This document shows, in pieces, positions 37,804 through 47,328 of a DNA stretch of 64,000 nucleotides. The notes beneath the pieces were generated by a model. It was not told the DNA's origin. It saw only the letters and a list, made by a program, of their open reading frames with translations, and made no database searches. This stretch comes from Patescibacteria group bacterium (GTDB lineage: Bacteria > Omnitrophota > Gorgyraeia > Gygaellales > Profunditerraquicolaceae). Within the stretch, counting starts at the first letter, position 1. Every line of letters begins with the position of its first letter. The DNA lies in assembly GCA_035506195.1 (NCBI GenBank), contig DATJPV010000048.1:2011-66010 (forward strand), given 5' to 3'. Both the position numbers and the translations under genes were made by a program.

Positions 37804-39087
37804 ATGCGCATCCTGGTTGTTGGCTCAGGCGGCAGGGAACATGCGCTGGTCTGGAAGATCGCGCAGTCAAAATTGACTGACAAGATCTTCTGCGCGCCGG
37901 GTAACGGCGGCATCGCGCAACAGGCAGACTGCCTCGATATAAAAGCCGAAGACATCCCCGGGTTGCTTGAGTTTGCCCGTAAGGAGAAGATCGGGCTGAC
38001 CGTGGTCGGGCCGGAGGCCCCGCTTGCCGCCGGCATTGTCGATGAATTCAAAAAATACGGCTTAAGAATATTCGGACCGGACAAAAAGGCCTCCCAAATG
38101 GAGGCCAGTAAGATCTTTGCCAAGGAGTTGATGGCAAAATACGGCATTCCTACCGCCGCATTCAAGGTCTTTGACGATCCCGGCGAAGCCAAGCGCTACA
38201 TTGAAAAAAGAAATACCCCTTGTGTGGTAAAAGCAGACGGCCTTGCCGCAGGCAAGGGCGTAGTTGTTGCCAAGGATGCCGGGGAGGCGCTTAAGGCAAC
38301 AGAGGCAATGATGCAACAGAAGGCCTTCGGCCAGGCAGGCTCCCGGATAGTGGTTGAGGATTGCCTGCAAGGGCCCGAGGCCTCCATACTGGTGTTGGTG
38401 GACCACAAGACCATTATTCCCCTTGCCTCCAGCCAGGACCACAAGCGTATCTTTGATAACGATGCCGGGCCGAATACCGGCGGGATGGGTGCGTATTCGC
38501 CGGCTCCGGTAGTCACCCGGGAATTATTCGCCGACATCCTTGACCGTGTCATATACCGTACTATCGACGGCCTGGCCAAAGAGGGCATCGGCTACCGCGG
38601 CGTCTTGTATGCCGGGATCATGCTTACTGCCGACGGCCCCAAGGTCCTTGAGTTCAACGTGCGTTTCGGCGACCCCGAAACCGAAGCGGTCCTGCCGCGG
38701 CTGACATACGATTTGGTGGAAGTGATGGCGGCGGCAAGCGAAGATAAGCTGTACCGGATCATCCAGGCCGGCGGCTTAAGCTGGGATGACCGTTTCTGCG
38801 TATGCGTCGTAGTCGCCTCCGGAGGCTATCCCGGGGATTATCAGAAGGGCAAAGAGATCATCGGCCTTGCGGATGCCGCCGGGATGAAGGACGTGGTGGT
38901 ATTCCACGCCGGCACGGCGCTGGCAGCTCAGCCGTCGCGTTTCGTCACCAGCGGCGGCCGGGTATTGGGCGTTACCGGCCTGGGCTCGACGGTCAAAGAG
39001 GCGATCGGTCGGACATACCAGGCAGTGGACAAAATAAAATTTGAAGGCATGCAGTACCGGCACGACATTGCGGCGCGGGCATTATAA
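37804..39087 (+). CDS. purD: phosphoribosylamine--glycine ligase
   Basis: MRILVVGSGGREHAL..., an ATP-grasp architecture. Confidence 0.9.
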   Translation: MRILVVGSGGREHALVWKIAQSKLTDKIFCAPGNGGIAQQADCLDIKAEDIPGLLEFARKEKIGLTVVGPEAPLAAGIVDEFKKYGLRIFGPDKKASQMEASKIFAKELMAKYGIPTAAFKVFDDPGEAKRYIEKRNTPCVVKADGLAAGKGVVVAKDAGEALKATEAMMQQKAFGQAGSRIVVEDCLQGPEASILVLVDHKTIIPLASSQDHKRIFDNDAGPNTGGMGAYSPAPVVTRELFADILDRVIYRTIDGLAKEGIGYRGVLYAGIMLTADGPKVLEFNVRFGDPETEAVLPRLTYDLVEVMAAASEDKLYRIIQAGGLSWDDRFCVCVVVASGGYPGDYQKGKEIIGLADAAGMKDVVVFHAGTALAAQPSRFVTSGGRVLGVTGLGSTVKEAIGRTYQAVDKIKFEGMQYRHDIAARAL

Positions 39088-39103
39088 ACAAAAAGGGGTG
39101 TAT

Positions 39104-39592
39104 ATGAAATATCCGGCGGTAAGCGTGATCATGGGCAGTCAATCCGATCTGGAAATAGTCAACGAAGCAATAAGCGTCCTTAAGGAATTCGGCGTTTCCT
39201 TCGAGGCAAAAGTTTTATCCGCGCACCGCAGCCCCAAAGAGCTGGCCGCCTACGTGGAGGCATCTTCTGCCAAAGGGGCCAGGGTGTTTATCGCCGCTGC
39301 CGGCGGCTCGGCAGCCCTGGCAGGCGTGGTTGCCGCGCACACGACCGTGCCGGTTATCGGCATCCCTATCGAGACCCGCAGCCTCAAAGGCCTGGATTCG
39401 TTATTGTCGACCGTGCAGATGCCTGCGGGCATCCCGGTTGCCTGCATGGCGATCGGCAAGGCAGGGGCGAAAAATGCGGGGCTTTTCGCTCTGGCGATAT
39501 TAGGGGCTACCGATACGAAGATAAGGGCAAAATTGGCGGCGCATAAAAAGGCAATGCGTCTTAAGGTCGCCCGGACAAAACTCGCCATATGA
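39104..39592 (+). CDS. purE: N5-carboxyaminoimidazole ribonucleotide mutase / AIR carboxylase
   Basis: MKYPAVSVIMGSQSDL...AGGSAALAGVVAAHTTVPVIGIP (PurE fold). The track ORF 39041-39592 is the same frame extended upstream. Confidence 0.85.
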   Translation: MKYPAVSVIMGSQSDLEIVNEAISVLKEFGVSFEAKVLSAHRSPKELAAYVEASSAKGARVFIAAAGGSAALAGVVAAHTTVPVIGIPIETRSLKGLDSLLSTVQMPAGIPVACMAIGKAGAKNAGLFALAILGATDTKIRAKLAAHKKAMRLKVARTKLAI

Positions 39593-40650
39593 TAAAGACT
39601 CGGATTGTTTCAGTCGATGCGATCAACCCCCGGGAAGAATATTTAAAAGAGGCGGCGGACGTCTTGAGGGAGGGAGGCCTGGTGGTCATTCCTACGGAGA
39701 CCGTCTACGGCGTCTGCGCAAACCTCTTGCACAAAAAAGCGGTGGCGCGGTTGTCCGAGATAAAGGCCCGGCCCAAGGATAAGCCATTCTCCCAGCACAT
39801 CGATAGGAAGGAAAAGATCGAGGCCCTGGCTAGGGATATACCCATCCAGGCCTATAAACTCATGGATGCTTTTTGGCCGGGGCCGCTGACGCTGGTATTC
39901 AAAGCGCGCGATAACGGCACGGTGGGCCTGCGTCTGCCGGATAACGAGATCGCGCAAAAAGTGATCGCGTTTGCGGATGTGCCGGTCGTCTGTCCGTCGG
40001 CAAACTTAAACGGTAAGCCCGCGCCGACGTGTTTCCGGGAAGCGCTGCAGGACCTTGAGGGGCTGGTCGAGTATGCCATAGATGCCGGGCCCACGAAACT
40101 CGGGCTCGAATCGACGGTAGTGGACGTCAGCTCCGATACCGTGGCGGTCCTGCGCGAAGGCGCGATCAAGAAGGAAGAGATCGAAAGGGTTGTCCGGACC
40201 AAGACCGTGCTTTTTATCTGCACGGGAAACTCCTGCCGTTCGGTCATGGCCCAGGCGCTGCTTCAGAAAAAGCTCAAGGAAGCCGGCCGCACCGACGTAG
40301 AGGTCCTTTCGGCGGGCATCATGATGCTCTCCGGCCTGGGGGCAAGCGAACCGACCAAGGAGGTCCTGCGGGAAGAAGGCATCGATGTCTCCGCTCACCG
40401 CTCGCAGCGGGTAACCAAGGAGCTGGCCCTGAAGTCCGATATCATCCTGGTCATGGAAAAGCTGCATGAAGAAAGGCTCTTGCAACTGGTCCCCGGGATA
40501 AAAAATAGGGTTTTTTTACTCAAAGAATTTGCTAAAATAAAGGATAACAATCTCAATATCGATGACCCCATCGGCACGACTCTTGAATTTTACCGGCAGA
40601 CCTGCGCCGTCATCAAGGAATCCGTAGAAAGGGTAAGCAATATCATATGA
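39589..40650 (+). CDS. tsaC: L-threonylcarbamoyladenylate synthase (TsaC/YrdC/YwlC) fused to a low-molecular-weight protein (Tyr/Arg) phosphatase (YwlE-like)
   Basis: The N-terminus has the YrdC motif GGLVVIPTETVYGVCANL. The C-terminus has the LMW-PTP P-loop VLFICTGNSCRSVMAQ (CX5R) and a DP loop near DDPIGT. Confidence 0.8.
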   Translation: MIKTRIVSVDAINPREEYLKEAADVLREGGLVVIPTETVYGVCANLLHKKAVARLSEIKARPKDKPFSQHIDRKEKIEALARDIPIQAYKLMDAFWPGPLTLVFKARDNGTVGLRLPDNEIAQKVIAFADVPVVCPSANLNGKPAPTCFREALQDLEGLVEYAIDAGPTKLGLESTVVDVSSDTVAVLREGAIKKEEIERVVRTKTVLFICTGNSCRSVMAQALLQKKLKEAGRTDVEVLSAGIMMLSGLGASEPTKEVLREEGIDVSAHRSQRVTKELALKSDIILVMEKLHEERLLQLVPGIKNRVFLLKEFAKIKDNNLNIDDPIGTTLEFYRQTCAVIKESVERVSNII

Positions 40651-41108
40651 AAAACGTACTTATCGCTTCCGATCACGCGGGGTTCAGGATGAAGGAGAAG
40701 CTGAAGCCCTACCTTCAGAAAAAAGGGTATGCGGTTAAAGACCTAGGTACCTACTCGACGCAGCGCTGCGACTATCCGGCTACCGCCTATGCCCTGGCAA
40801 AAGAGATCTCGCAAAAACGCTATGCGCGCGGGGTGTTGATCTGCAAGACCGGCATCGGCAATTCCATCGTGGCCAACCGGCTTCCGGGCGTGCGCGCCTC
40901 GCTGTGTTACAACTATTCGGCGGCAAAACTGACCCGCGAGCACAACGACAGCAATGTCCTGGTTCTAGCTTCCGCGTTCGTCACGCTCCCCCAGGCCAAA
41001 CGCATCGCAGGGGTATGGCTTGTGACGCCCTTTGCCGGTGGCAGGCACCAGAGGCGGCTCAACCAGATAAAGGCAATCGAAAAGGATATAAGAAAATGGA
41101 CAGTTTAA
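40647..41108 (+). CDS. rpiB: ribose-5-phosphate isomerase B
   Basis: [19 protein letters not shown]... (RpiB/LacAB family). Confidence 0.85.
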   Translation: MKNVLIASDHAGFRMKEKLKPYLQKKGYAVKDLGTYSTQRCDYPATAYALAKEISQKRYARGVLICKTGIGNSIVANRLPGVRASLCYNYSAAKLTREHNDSNVLVLASAFVTLPQAKRIAGVWLVTPFAGGRHQRRLNQIKAIEKDIRKWTV

Positions 41109-42358
41109 AACATCTTAAAGTAGTCGACCCGGATATCTACGCGTTGATCAACGCCGAAGTCAGAAGGCAGGAAGATAACCTGGAGCTGATCGCTTCGGAA
41201 AACTTTACGTCGCTGGCGGTGCTGGAGGCGCAAGGCTCGGTGCTCACCAATAAATACGCCGAAGGCTATCCCCATGCGCGCTGGTACGGCGGCTGCGACA
41301 ACGTCGACGAGGTCGAAGCCCTGGCGGTGGAGCGCGCAAAGAAATTGTTCAATGCCGAGCACGTCAACGTCCAGGCCCACTCCGGCTCGCAGGCGAACAT
41401 GGCGGTCTACTTTGCGGCCCTGGAGCCCGGGGATACGGTCCTGGCCATGGACCTTGCCTGCGGCGGGCACCTGACGCACGGCCACCCGCATAATTTTTCC
41501 GGGATGTTCTACAACATAGTGACCTACGGGGTGGACAAGAAGACCGAGCTCCTTGATTACGACTATATCTTGAGCCTTGCCAAGAAGCATAAACCCAGGA
41601 TGATCCTGGCGGGTGCATCGGCCTATCCGCGCAGGATCGATTTCAAGGCTTTCCGCGGCATCTGCGATAAGGTCGGCGCATACCTGTTCGTCGATATGGC
41701 CCATATCGCAGGCCTGGTAGCCGCAGGCATCCATCCTTCGCCTGTGCCTTACGCCGAATTCGTGAGCTCCACCACGCATAAGACCTTGCGCGGCCCCCGG
41801 GGAGGGTTCGTCATCTGCCGCAAGGACTTTGCCAAAAAGATCGATTCCCGCGTATTCCCCGGGATGCAGGGCGGCCCCCTGATGCACGTCATCGCCGCCA
41901 AGGCCGTCGTCTTTAAAGAGGCGATGACCCCGCGCTTTAAAAGTTACCAGAAACAGATCGTGGCAAACAGCAAGGAGCTTGCCCGCGCATTATCGAAGAA
42001 GGCCTTTCGGATCGTCTCATCGGGCACGGATACGCACCTGATGCTGGTAGACCTGACCGCCAAAGGCATCACCGGCGCGGATGCCTCGGCAGTGCTGGAA
42101 AAAGCCGGCATTACCGTCAATAAGAACCTGATCCCCTATGACCGTAAGAGCCCGGCGACCACCAGCGGCATACGGCTGGGGACCCCGGCAGTGACTACCC
42201 GCGGCATGAAACAGGCCCAGATGCGCCAGATCGCCCAATACATCGATGAGGCGATAGAAGCAAGCAACTACCCGGAGAGCGCCCAAGCCATCAGAAAGAA
42301 AGTCCTGGCCTTGACCGGGAGGTTCCCTCTCTATCCGGAATTGTGGGTGAAAAAATGA
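41096..42358 (+). CDS. glyA: serine hydroxymethyltransferase
   Basis: It has the PLP site [14 protein letters not shown]. The ATG at 41096 overlaps the rpiB stop. The track ORF 40904-42358 is the same frame extended upstream. Confidence 0.9.
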   Translation: MDSLKHLKVVDPDIYALINAEVRRQEDNLELIASENFTSLAVLEAQGSVLTNKYAEGYPHARWYGGCDNVDEVEALAVERAKKLFNAEHVNVQAHSGSQANMAVYFAALEPGDTVLAMDLACGGHLTHGHPHNFSGMFYNIVTYGVDKKTELLDYDYILSLAKKHKPRMILAGASAYPRRIDFKAFRGICDKVGAYLFVDMAHIAGLVAAGIHPSPVPYAEFVSSTTHKTLRGPRGGFVICRKDFAKKIDSRVFPGMQGGPLMHVIAAKAVVFKEAMTPRFKSYQKQIVANSKELARALSKKAFRIVSSGTDTHLMLVDLTAKGITGADASAVLEKAGITVNKNLIPYDRKSPATTSGIRLGTPAVTTRGMKQAQMRQIAQYIDEAIEASNYPESAQAIRKKVLALTGRFPLYPELWVKK

Positions 42359-42816
42359 GCGCACGCACACAACCGCATAAACGCCCCAGCTGGGATGAAT
42401 ATTTTCTCGAGGTAGCCTGCCTTGTTGCCAAAAGATCGACCTGCCTGCGCAGGCACGTGGGGGCGGTCCTGGTAAAAGACAAAAAGATCCTGGCTACCGG
42501 CTATAACGGCGCGCCGTCGGGGGTCAGGCACTGCACGCAAACCGGATGCCTGCGCGACAGGCTCAAGATCCCCTCGGGCCAGCGCCATGAGCTCTGCCGC
42601 GGGTTGCACGCCGAACAGAACGTGCTCCTGCAGGCCGCGCTCTACGGCGTCAGCACCAAAGACAGCATTCTCTATGTGACCAATCAACCCTGCGTGATCT
42701 GCGCCAAGATGCTCATCAACGCCGGAGTTTGCGAGATCGTCATCTCCGACGGTTACCCCGACGAGCTGGCCAGGAAATTCCTGAAAGAAGCCGGCATCAA
42801 GGTGAGGAAATGTTGA
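42355..42816 (+). CDS. dCMP/cytidine deaminase-family zinc enzyme (ComEB-like)
   Basis: It has the HAEQN and PCVICAKML (H-x-E ... PC-x-x-C) zinc motifs. The track ORF 42343-42816 starts at a non-ATG codon in the same frame. Confidence 0.8.
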   Translation: MSARTQPHKRPSWDEYFLEVACLVAKRSTCLRRHVGAVLVKDKKILATGYNGAPSGVRHCTQTGCLRDRLKIPSGQRHELCRGLHAEQNVLLQAALYGVSTKDSILYVTNQPCVICAKMLINAGVCEIVISDGYPDELARKFLKEAGIKVRKC

Positions 42817-42817
42817 T

Positions 42818-43291
42818 ATGAGGTGCCCCTTTTGCAACCACAAGGAAGATAAGGTCGTCGATTCGCGCTCCACGCAGGAGGAGTCGGCGATCCGCCGCCG
42901 CCGCGAATGTTTAAAGTGCGGCAAGCGTTTTACCACCTACGAGTATATCGAAGAAGTATCGCTGATGGTCATCAAGAAGGACGGCAGGCGCCAGCCCTTC
43001 GACCGCAAGAAGATCCTCTCCGGCATTATTAAGGCATGCGAAAAGAGGCCCATCAGCATGGAAAAGATGGGAGAGATCGTCACGCAGGTCGAGCGTGCCA
43101 TACAGAAGAGGTCCGACCGCCAGATACCTTCCTCGCGGATCGGGGAACTGGTGATCGAACGCCTGAAGCTTTTGGATGAAGTGGCCTACGTGCGGTTTGC
43201 CTCGGTATACCGGCAGTTCAAGGATATCGGCCAGTTCATGACGGAACTTAAAGACATACTCAAGACCGACACCGGCAAGAAGTCAAAATAG
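42818..43291 (+). CDS. nrdR: transcriptional repressor NrdR
   Basis: MRCPFCNHKEDKVVDSRS...CLKCGKRFTTYE, a Zn-ribbon plus ATP-cone. Confidence 0.9.
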   Translation: MRCPFCNHKEDKVVDSRSTQEESAIRRRRECLKCGKRFTTYEYIEEVSLMVIKKDGRRQPFDRKKILSGIIKACEKRPISMEKMGEIVTQVERAIQKRSDRQIPSSRIGELVIERLKLLDEVAYVRFASVYRQFKDIGQFMTELKDILKTDTGKKSK

Positions 43292-43308
43292 AAAGGGAAG
43301 TTTTCGCG

Positions 43309-43728
43309 ATGGTAGAAATGGAACTGAGCAAGATCGTCATCGACGAGAAGAGGCATGACCAGCTCATCGTCCTGAAAGAAAAGGGGGGCAGCCGCATCCT
43401 GCCCATCGTCATCGGCCTCAACGAAGCCTCGGCGATAAAACTGAAGATCAGCGGTTTCAACCCTCCGCGGCCGATGACGCACGACCTGCTGTTTTCCGCC
43501 ATCGAAAGCCTGGAAGCCAAGATCGAGAAGGTCATCGTCGACAAGCTCGAAGAGAATACCTTTCACGCAAAACTGGTCGTCAGGACCGAATCCGGCAAGA
43601 CCAAGATCATCGATGCCCGGCCTTCGGACAGCATCGCCCTGGCGGTCAGGGCGCACGTATCCATATTCGTGGAAGACGATGTGGTCAAGCAATCGGAGAC
43701 CTTCAATCAGAACAATAAAACCCTATGA
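43309..43728 (+). CDS. bifunctional nuclease family protein (DUF151/BFN)
   Basis: ELSKIVIDEKRHDQLIVLKEKGGSRILPIVIGLNEASAI matches the BFN-domain consensus. Confidence 0.75.
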   Translation: MVEMELSKIVIDEKRHDQLIVLKEKGGSRILPIVIGLNEASAIKLKISGFNPPRPMTHDLLFSAIESLEAKIEKVIVDKLEENTFHAKLVVRTESGKTKIIDARPSDSIALAVRAHVSIFVEDDVVKQSETFNQNNKTL

Positions 43729-44198
43729 AGGTGGGCATACTTTCCGATACGCACGACAACCTCCCCCAGATCGAAAAGGCAATCGCGCTGTTTAACCGCC
43801 AACAGGTTGATCTTGTCCTGCATGCCGGGGATTTCGTCGCTCCTTTTGCCATCGCCAAATTCCAGGAGCTCTCCTGCCCCTGGGCCGGGGTGTTCGGCAA
43901 TAATGACGGCGAGAAGAAAGGCCTGGCTGCCGCTTCGGAAGGCCGGATACAGGAAGGCCCCTTAAGGACTACGCTCGGCGGCCGCAAGATTACCGTTGTC
44001 CACGACATCGCTTCGATCAACCCCCAGACCGAGGAAGCGGACCTGATCGTCTTCGGGCACACGCATAGGCAGGCGGCGCTGAAGCAGCAGGATAAATTGC
44101 TCATCAATCCGGGTGAATGCGGCGGCTGGCTCAGCGGTAAATCGACGGTTGCGGTCGTGGACCTGGAAACGATGTCCGGAAAGCACACTACCTTATAA
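43725..44198 (+). CDS. metallophosphoesterase, YfcE/MJ0936 family
   Basis: It has the motifs GILSDTHDN, VLHAGD and VFGHTH. Confidence 0.8.
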   Translation: MKVGILSDTHDNLPQIEKAIALFNRQQVDLVLHAGDFVAPFAIAKFQELSCPWAGVFGNNDGEKKGLAAASEGRIQEGPLRTTLGGRKITVVHDIASINPQTEEADLIVFGHTHRQAALKQQDKLLINPGECGGWLSGKSTVAVVDLETMSGKHTTL

Positions 44199-44209
44199 GA
44201 TACCTCCAC

Positions 44210-45673
44210 ATGAAATTATCCCCCGAAATTTTTACGCTCCTGAAAGGCACCGCTTCTTTTGCCGCGAAGAAAAAGGCCGCCGTCTACGTGGTGGGCGGGT
44301 TCCTGCGGGATATGCTCCTGAAACGGGAAAAAGAAAATCCCGACATCGATTTTTCCATTGCGCAGGGGGCCATCCGCTTCGGCAGGCAGCTGTCCAGGGA
44401 GCTTTCCTGCGGCTACGTGGTTTTGGATAAAGAGCACGGCTGTTGCCGGCTGGTCAAAAAGATAGACGGCAGCCTTTGTACCCTTGATTTTACGGACTTT
44501 CGCGGGCCGAGCCTTGAAGATGACCTGTTGCACCGCGATTTTACCATCAATGCCATGGCCGCGGAACTGAATACCGTCTTAGGCAGCCGTTGCCTTGACG
44601 GGGGGCTCATCGATCCTTTCGGCGCCAGGCATGACCTCGGCCGCAAGTTGATCCGCATGGTCAACCCCAAGGCCTTCCAGGAGGACCCCTTAAGGATGCT
44701 GCGGGCCTTTAGCCTGGCCTGCACGTTCGGCTTCAAGATCCATCCGCAGACCCTGCGCTGCATACGGGCGACTGCGCCGAAATTATCCCGTGTTTCCTTC
44801 GAGCGCATACGCGAAGAATTGTTCAAGATATTGGAGAGCCCCCAGGCCGGCGTATCCCTTACGCAGATGGATCGCCTGAAGCTGTTGCCGGTGGCCTTTC
44901 CGGAGATAGCGATGATGCGCGGAGTACGCCAAGGCCCGTATCACCACCTGGACGTCTGGAAACACAGCCTGGAAACCGTCAGACAGCTCGACATGCTCCT
45001 GCAACAGCTTCGCCGTAACAAGGATGTGAAGGAGTATCTGGACGAAGCCATTACTTCGACGAGAAAACGCCGGGGGTTGCTTAAATTAGGGGCGCTGCTG
45101 CACGATATCGGCAAACCCAAGGCATTGCGCCGCAGAGACGGCAAGACGATATTTCACGGCCACGAGCGGGTAGGAGTCGGGTTCACGCGCCAGATCAGCA
45201 GGCGCCTGAGGCTCTCTAACGACGAAACACAGGCGCTTGAGCGTATGGTGATGTGGCACCTGCGCCCCGGCTACCTTGCGGATAATGCGCAGATAAGCAG
45301 CCGCGCCAAGTTCAGGTATTTCCGGGACACGCAGAAAGAGGGGGCATCCGTGCTCTTGCTTTCTTTGGCAGACCAGCGCGCGACCTGCGGGCCGCTGACC
45401 ACCCGGGAATCCCGGCTTCAGCATGAGAAGGCATGCCTTCAGTTGATCAAGGAATATTTCCGCAGGCAGAAAGAGGCTTCTCCTGCGCGCCTGATCAACG
45501 GGGATCAGCTCATGCGCAGCCTCAAGATACCTCCTTCGCCGCTTGTCGGCAGGATACTGCTTCAGATCGAAGAGCTGCAGGCGATCGGCAAGGTCAAGAA
45601 TGCGCAGCAGGCGCTGGCGGCCGCGCGGAAGATAGAGAAAGAGATGTCTGCCCTGACTCGTAAACGACGCTAA
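44210..45673 (+). CDS. cca: CCA-adding tRNA nucleotidyltransferase / poly(A) polymerase family with HD domain
   Basis: The Pol-beta head motif is VVGGFLRDMLL..DIDF, and there is an HD domain (GALLHDIGK). Confidence 0.8.
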   Translation: MKLSPEIFTLLKGTASFAAKKKAAVYVVGGFLRDMLLKREKENPDIDFSIAQGAIRFGRQLSRELSCGYVVLDKEHGCCRLVKKIDGSLCTLDFTDFRGPSLEDDLLHRDFTINAMAAELNTVLGSRCLDGGLIDPFGARHDLGRKLIRMVNPKAFQEDPLRMLRAFSLACTFGFKIHPQTLRCIRATAPKLSRVSFERIREELFKILESPQAGVSLTQMDRLKLLPVAFPEIAMMRGVRQGPYHHLDVWKHSLETVRQLDMLLQQLRRNKDVKEYLDEAITSTRKRRGLLKLGALLHDIGKPKALRRRDGKTIFHGHERVGVGFTRQISRRLRLSNDETQALERMVMWHLRPGYLADNAQISSRAKFRYFRDTQKEGASVLLLSLADQRATCGPLTTRESRLQHEKACLQLIKEYFRRQKEASPARLINGDQLMRSLKIPPSPLVGRILLQIEELQAIGKVKNAQQALAAARKIEKEMSALTRKRR

Positions 45674-45737
45674 AATTCTCTACGAGAATTTTAGCGTACT
45701 CGTCAGGATTTCGCTAGATTTAAAATCAAGGAGCTCA
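45667..45737 (+). promoter_or_regulatory. repeated intergenic leader element, copy A: 14-bp perfect hairpin (ACGCTAAAATTCTC/GAGAATTTTAGCGT) + TCGTCAGGATTTCGCT box + SD
   Basis: The hairpin engulfs the cca stop codon. The conserved box lies at 45700-45715, and the ATG of the PilZ gene is at 45738. Confidence 0.45.
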
Positions 45738-46142
45738 ATGCTAAGCGGATATCGGAAATATTCGGGGAATGACCGGCGCAGGTTCCAGCGGCTTGATCTG
45801 AACGTGGTCGTCATGTACAGCGTCGCCGAGCCCCTGACCATCCGCGCCACCGTCGGAGACAGGGAGATAGAGGCGACGATGCTCAACTTGAGCCTCGGCG
45901 GCATGGGCCTGCTTACCGAATACAACCTTCCCGTCTGGACGCTTCTGGACATACGCTTCACCCTGACCAGGATCACCAAGGAAGGCACGGTAGGCATGTA
46001 CGGTCCGATGCGGATACGCGGGGAGGTCCGTTCCAACGTCCCGCTGGACGAAAAGGAATACCGCCTGGGGATCTCTTTTATCAGGATCGAAGACAAAGAC
46101 AAGGTGGGGTTGACGGAGTTCTTAAAAAGCATTATGAGGTGA
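45738..46142 (+). CDS. PilZ-domain protein (c-di-GMP receptor-like)
   Basis: It has an RRFQR N-terminal motif and a D..SLGGMGL motif (RxxxR ... DxSxxG). Confidence 0.7.
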   Translation: MLSGYRKYSGNDRRRFQRLDLNVVVMYSVAEPLTIRATVGDREIEATMLNLSLGGMGLLTEYNLPVWTLLDIRFTLTRITKEGTVGMYGPMRIRGEVRSNVPLDEKEYRLGISFIRIEDKDKVGLTEFLKSIMR

Positions 46143-46768
46143 TCATGGGTGCGTATAAAACCAGGACCATGGCAGGCATCGAGCAGAAGATGGAAGACAT
46201 GGATGAGTCGTCATTCCGGTACCACGTGTTGTCTACCGCAAAAAATTTCAAGACCTCCTGGGTAGAGCTGGGCAGGTCCCTGTACGCGGTATGGAAAGAC
46301 AAGATGTTCAAGGAATGGGGTTTCATTTCCTTTGACGCCTACACAGCCAAAGAGATCGGCATACGTAAACAGACCGCGCTGAAGCTGCTGCGTTCTTACT
46401 ACTTCCTGGAAAAGGAAGAGCCTGCGCACCTGGTTTCCGCTCCCGCCTACGAATCGGTGGACCTTTTACGCCTGGCCAAGAATAAGAAAGAACTGGACGC
46501 GCAGGATTACGACCATCTTAAAAAAGAAGTATTCGACAAGGGCAGGGACGCCCGCGAAATAAAGAAAGATCTGTCCGCGCTTATCCGGCAGAGGCAGGAG
46601 CTCGACCCTCAAGAGGCCTGGGAAAAAAAGAGGATGGCTACCGTCAAGAGGTTCCTGGGAGCGCTTAAGGGCCTTAAGCAGGAGATCGAAAGCGCAAAGC
46701 TGCTTCCTGCCTCGGTTATCAAGGACGCCGAAGCGCTCATAAAGAAACTGGAAGAGGAGATCGCCTAA
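46139..46768 (+). CDS. hypothetical cytoplasmic protein, Lys/Glu-rich C-terminus
   Basis: It is translationally coupled to the PilZ gene. There are no motifs. Confidence 0.4.
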   Translation: MIMGAYKTRTMAGIEQKMEDMDESSFRYHVLSTAKNFKTSWVELGRSLYAVWKDKMFKEWGFISFDAYTAKEIGIRKQTALKLLRSYYFLEKEEPAHLVSAPAYESVDLLRLAKNKKELDAQDYDHLKKEVFDKGRDAREIKKDLSALIRQRQELDPQEAWEKKRMATVKRFLGALKGLKQEIESAKLLPASVIKDAEALIKKLEEEIA

Positions 46769-46769
46769 G

Positions 46770-47312
46770 ATGGTAAAAAGGATCGCTACGGTTATCGCGT
46801 TGTGCGCATGCGTGCAGGCCTTTCCTCTCGGCATCGCCTGCCGCGCTTCGCAGGTCTCTTACGAAGAGTTAAGGCGTACCTATATCCCGCAGTCCAGCCC
46901 CGAGGCAAGTTACCGCCTGGAATATGAGTTGATGCTCAAGGGTATGTATTGTTATGACCTGCCGCTGTTTGACCCCGACTGGCGCAGGAAGGGCCGAGAA
47001 ATCATTTTTTCTTCGGCTTACCGCCAGACGGCACAGGGTTTTGACGCGCCTTTTATGAGCCGCATCGAGGGAAGCTACGCAGTCATCTATTATCCCGACA
47101 ATAAAGACCTGGGTCCGGTGTTCCTGTACCGCGACCGCTCAGGCTGGGTCGTCGACAGGACCAGCGTTATGGATAATATTACCTACAGTTCTTCGAATAA
47201 AGAATGGTTTGCCCAGGACGGCGACTATCCCTACCTTGCCATACTCAAACGGGCTTTTTCCATGGAAAAGGTCAGGCTTAATAGCGGAGCCTGGGCCTAT
47301 AGAGTAAGATAG
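46770..47312 (+). CDS. secreted hypothetical protein
   Basis: It has a signal peptide MVKRIATVIALCACVQA. Confidence 0.4.
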   Translation: MVKRIATVIALCACVQAFPLGIACRASQVSYEELRRTYIPQSSPEASYRLEYELMLKGMYCYDLPLFDPDWRRKGREIIFSSAYRQTAQGFDAPFMSRIEGSYAVIYYPDNKDLGPVFLYRDRSGWVVDRTSVMDNITYSSSNKEWFAQDGDYPYLAILKRAFSMEKVRLNSGAWAYRVR

Positions 47313-47328
47313 GGGCCGGGGATAATCC

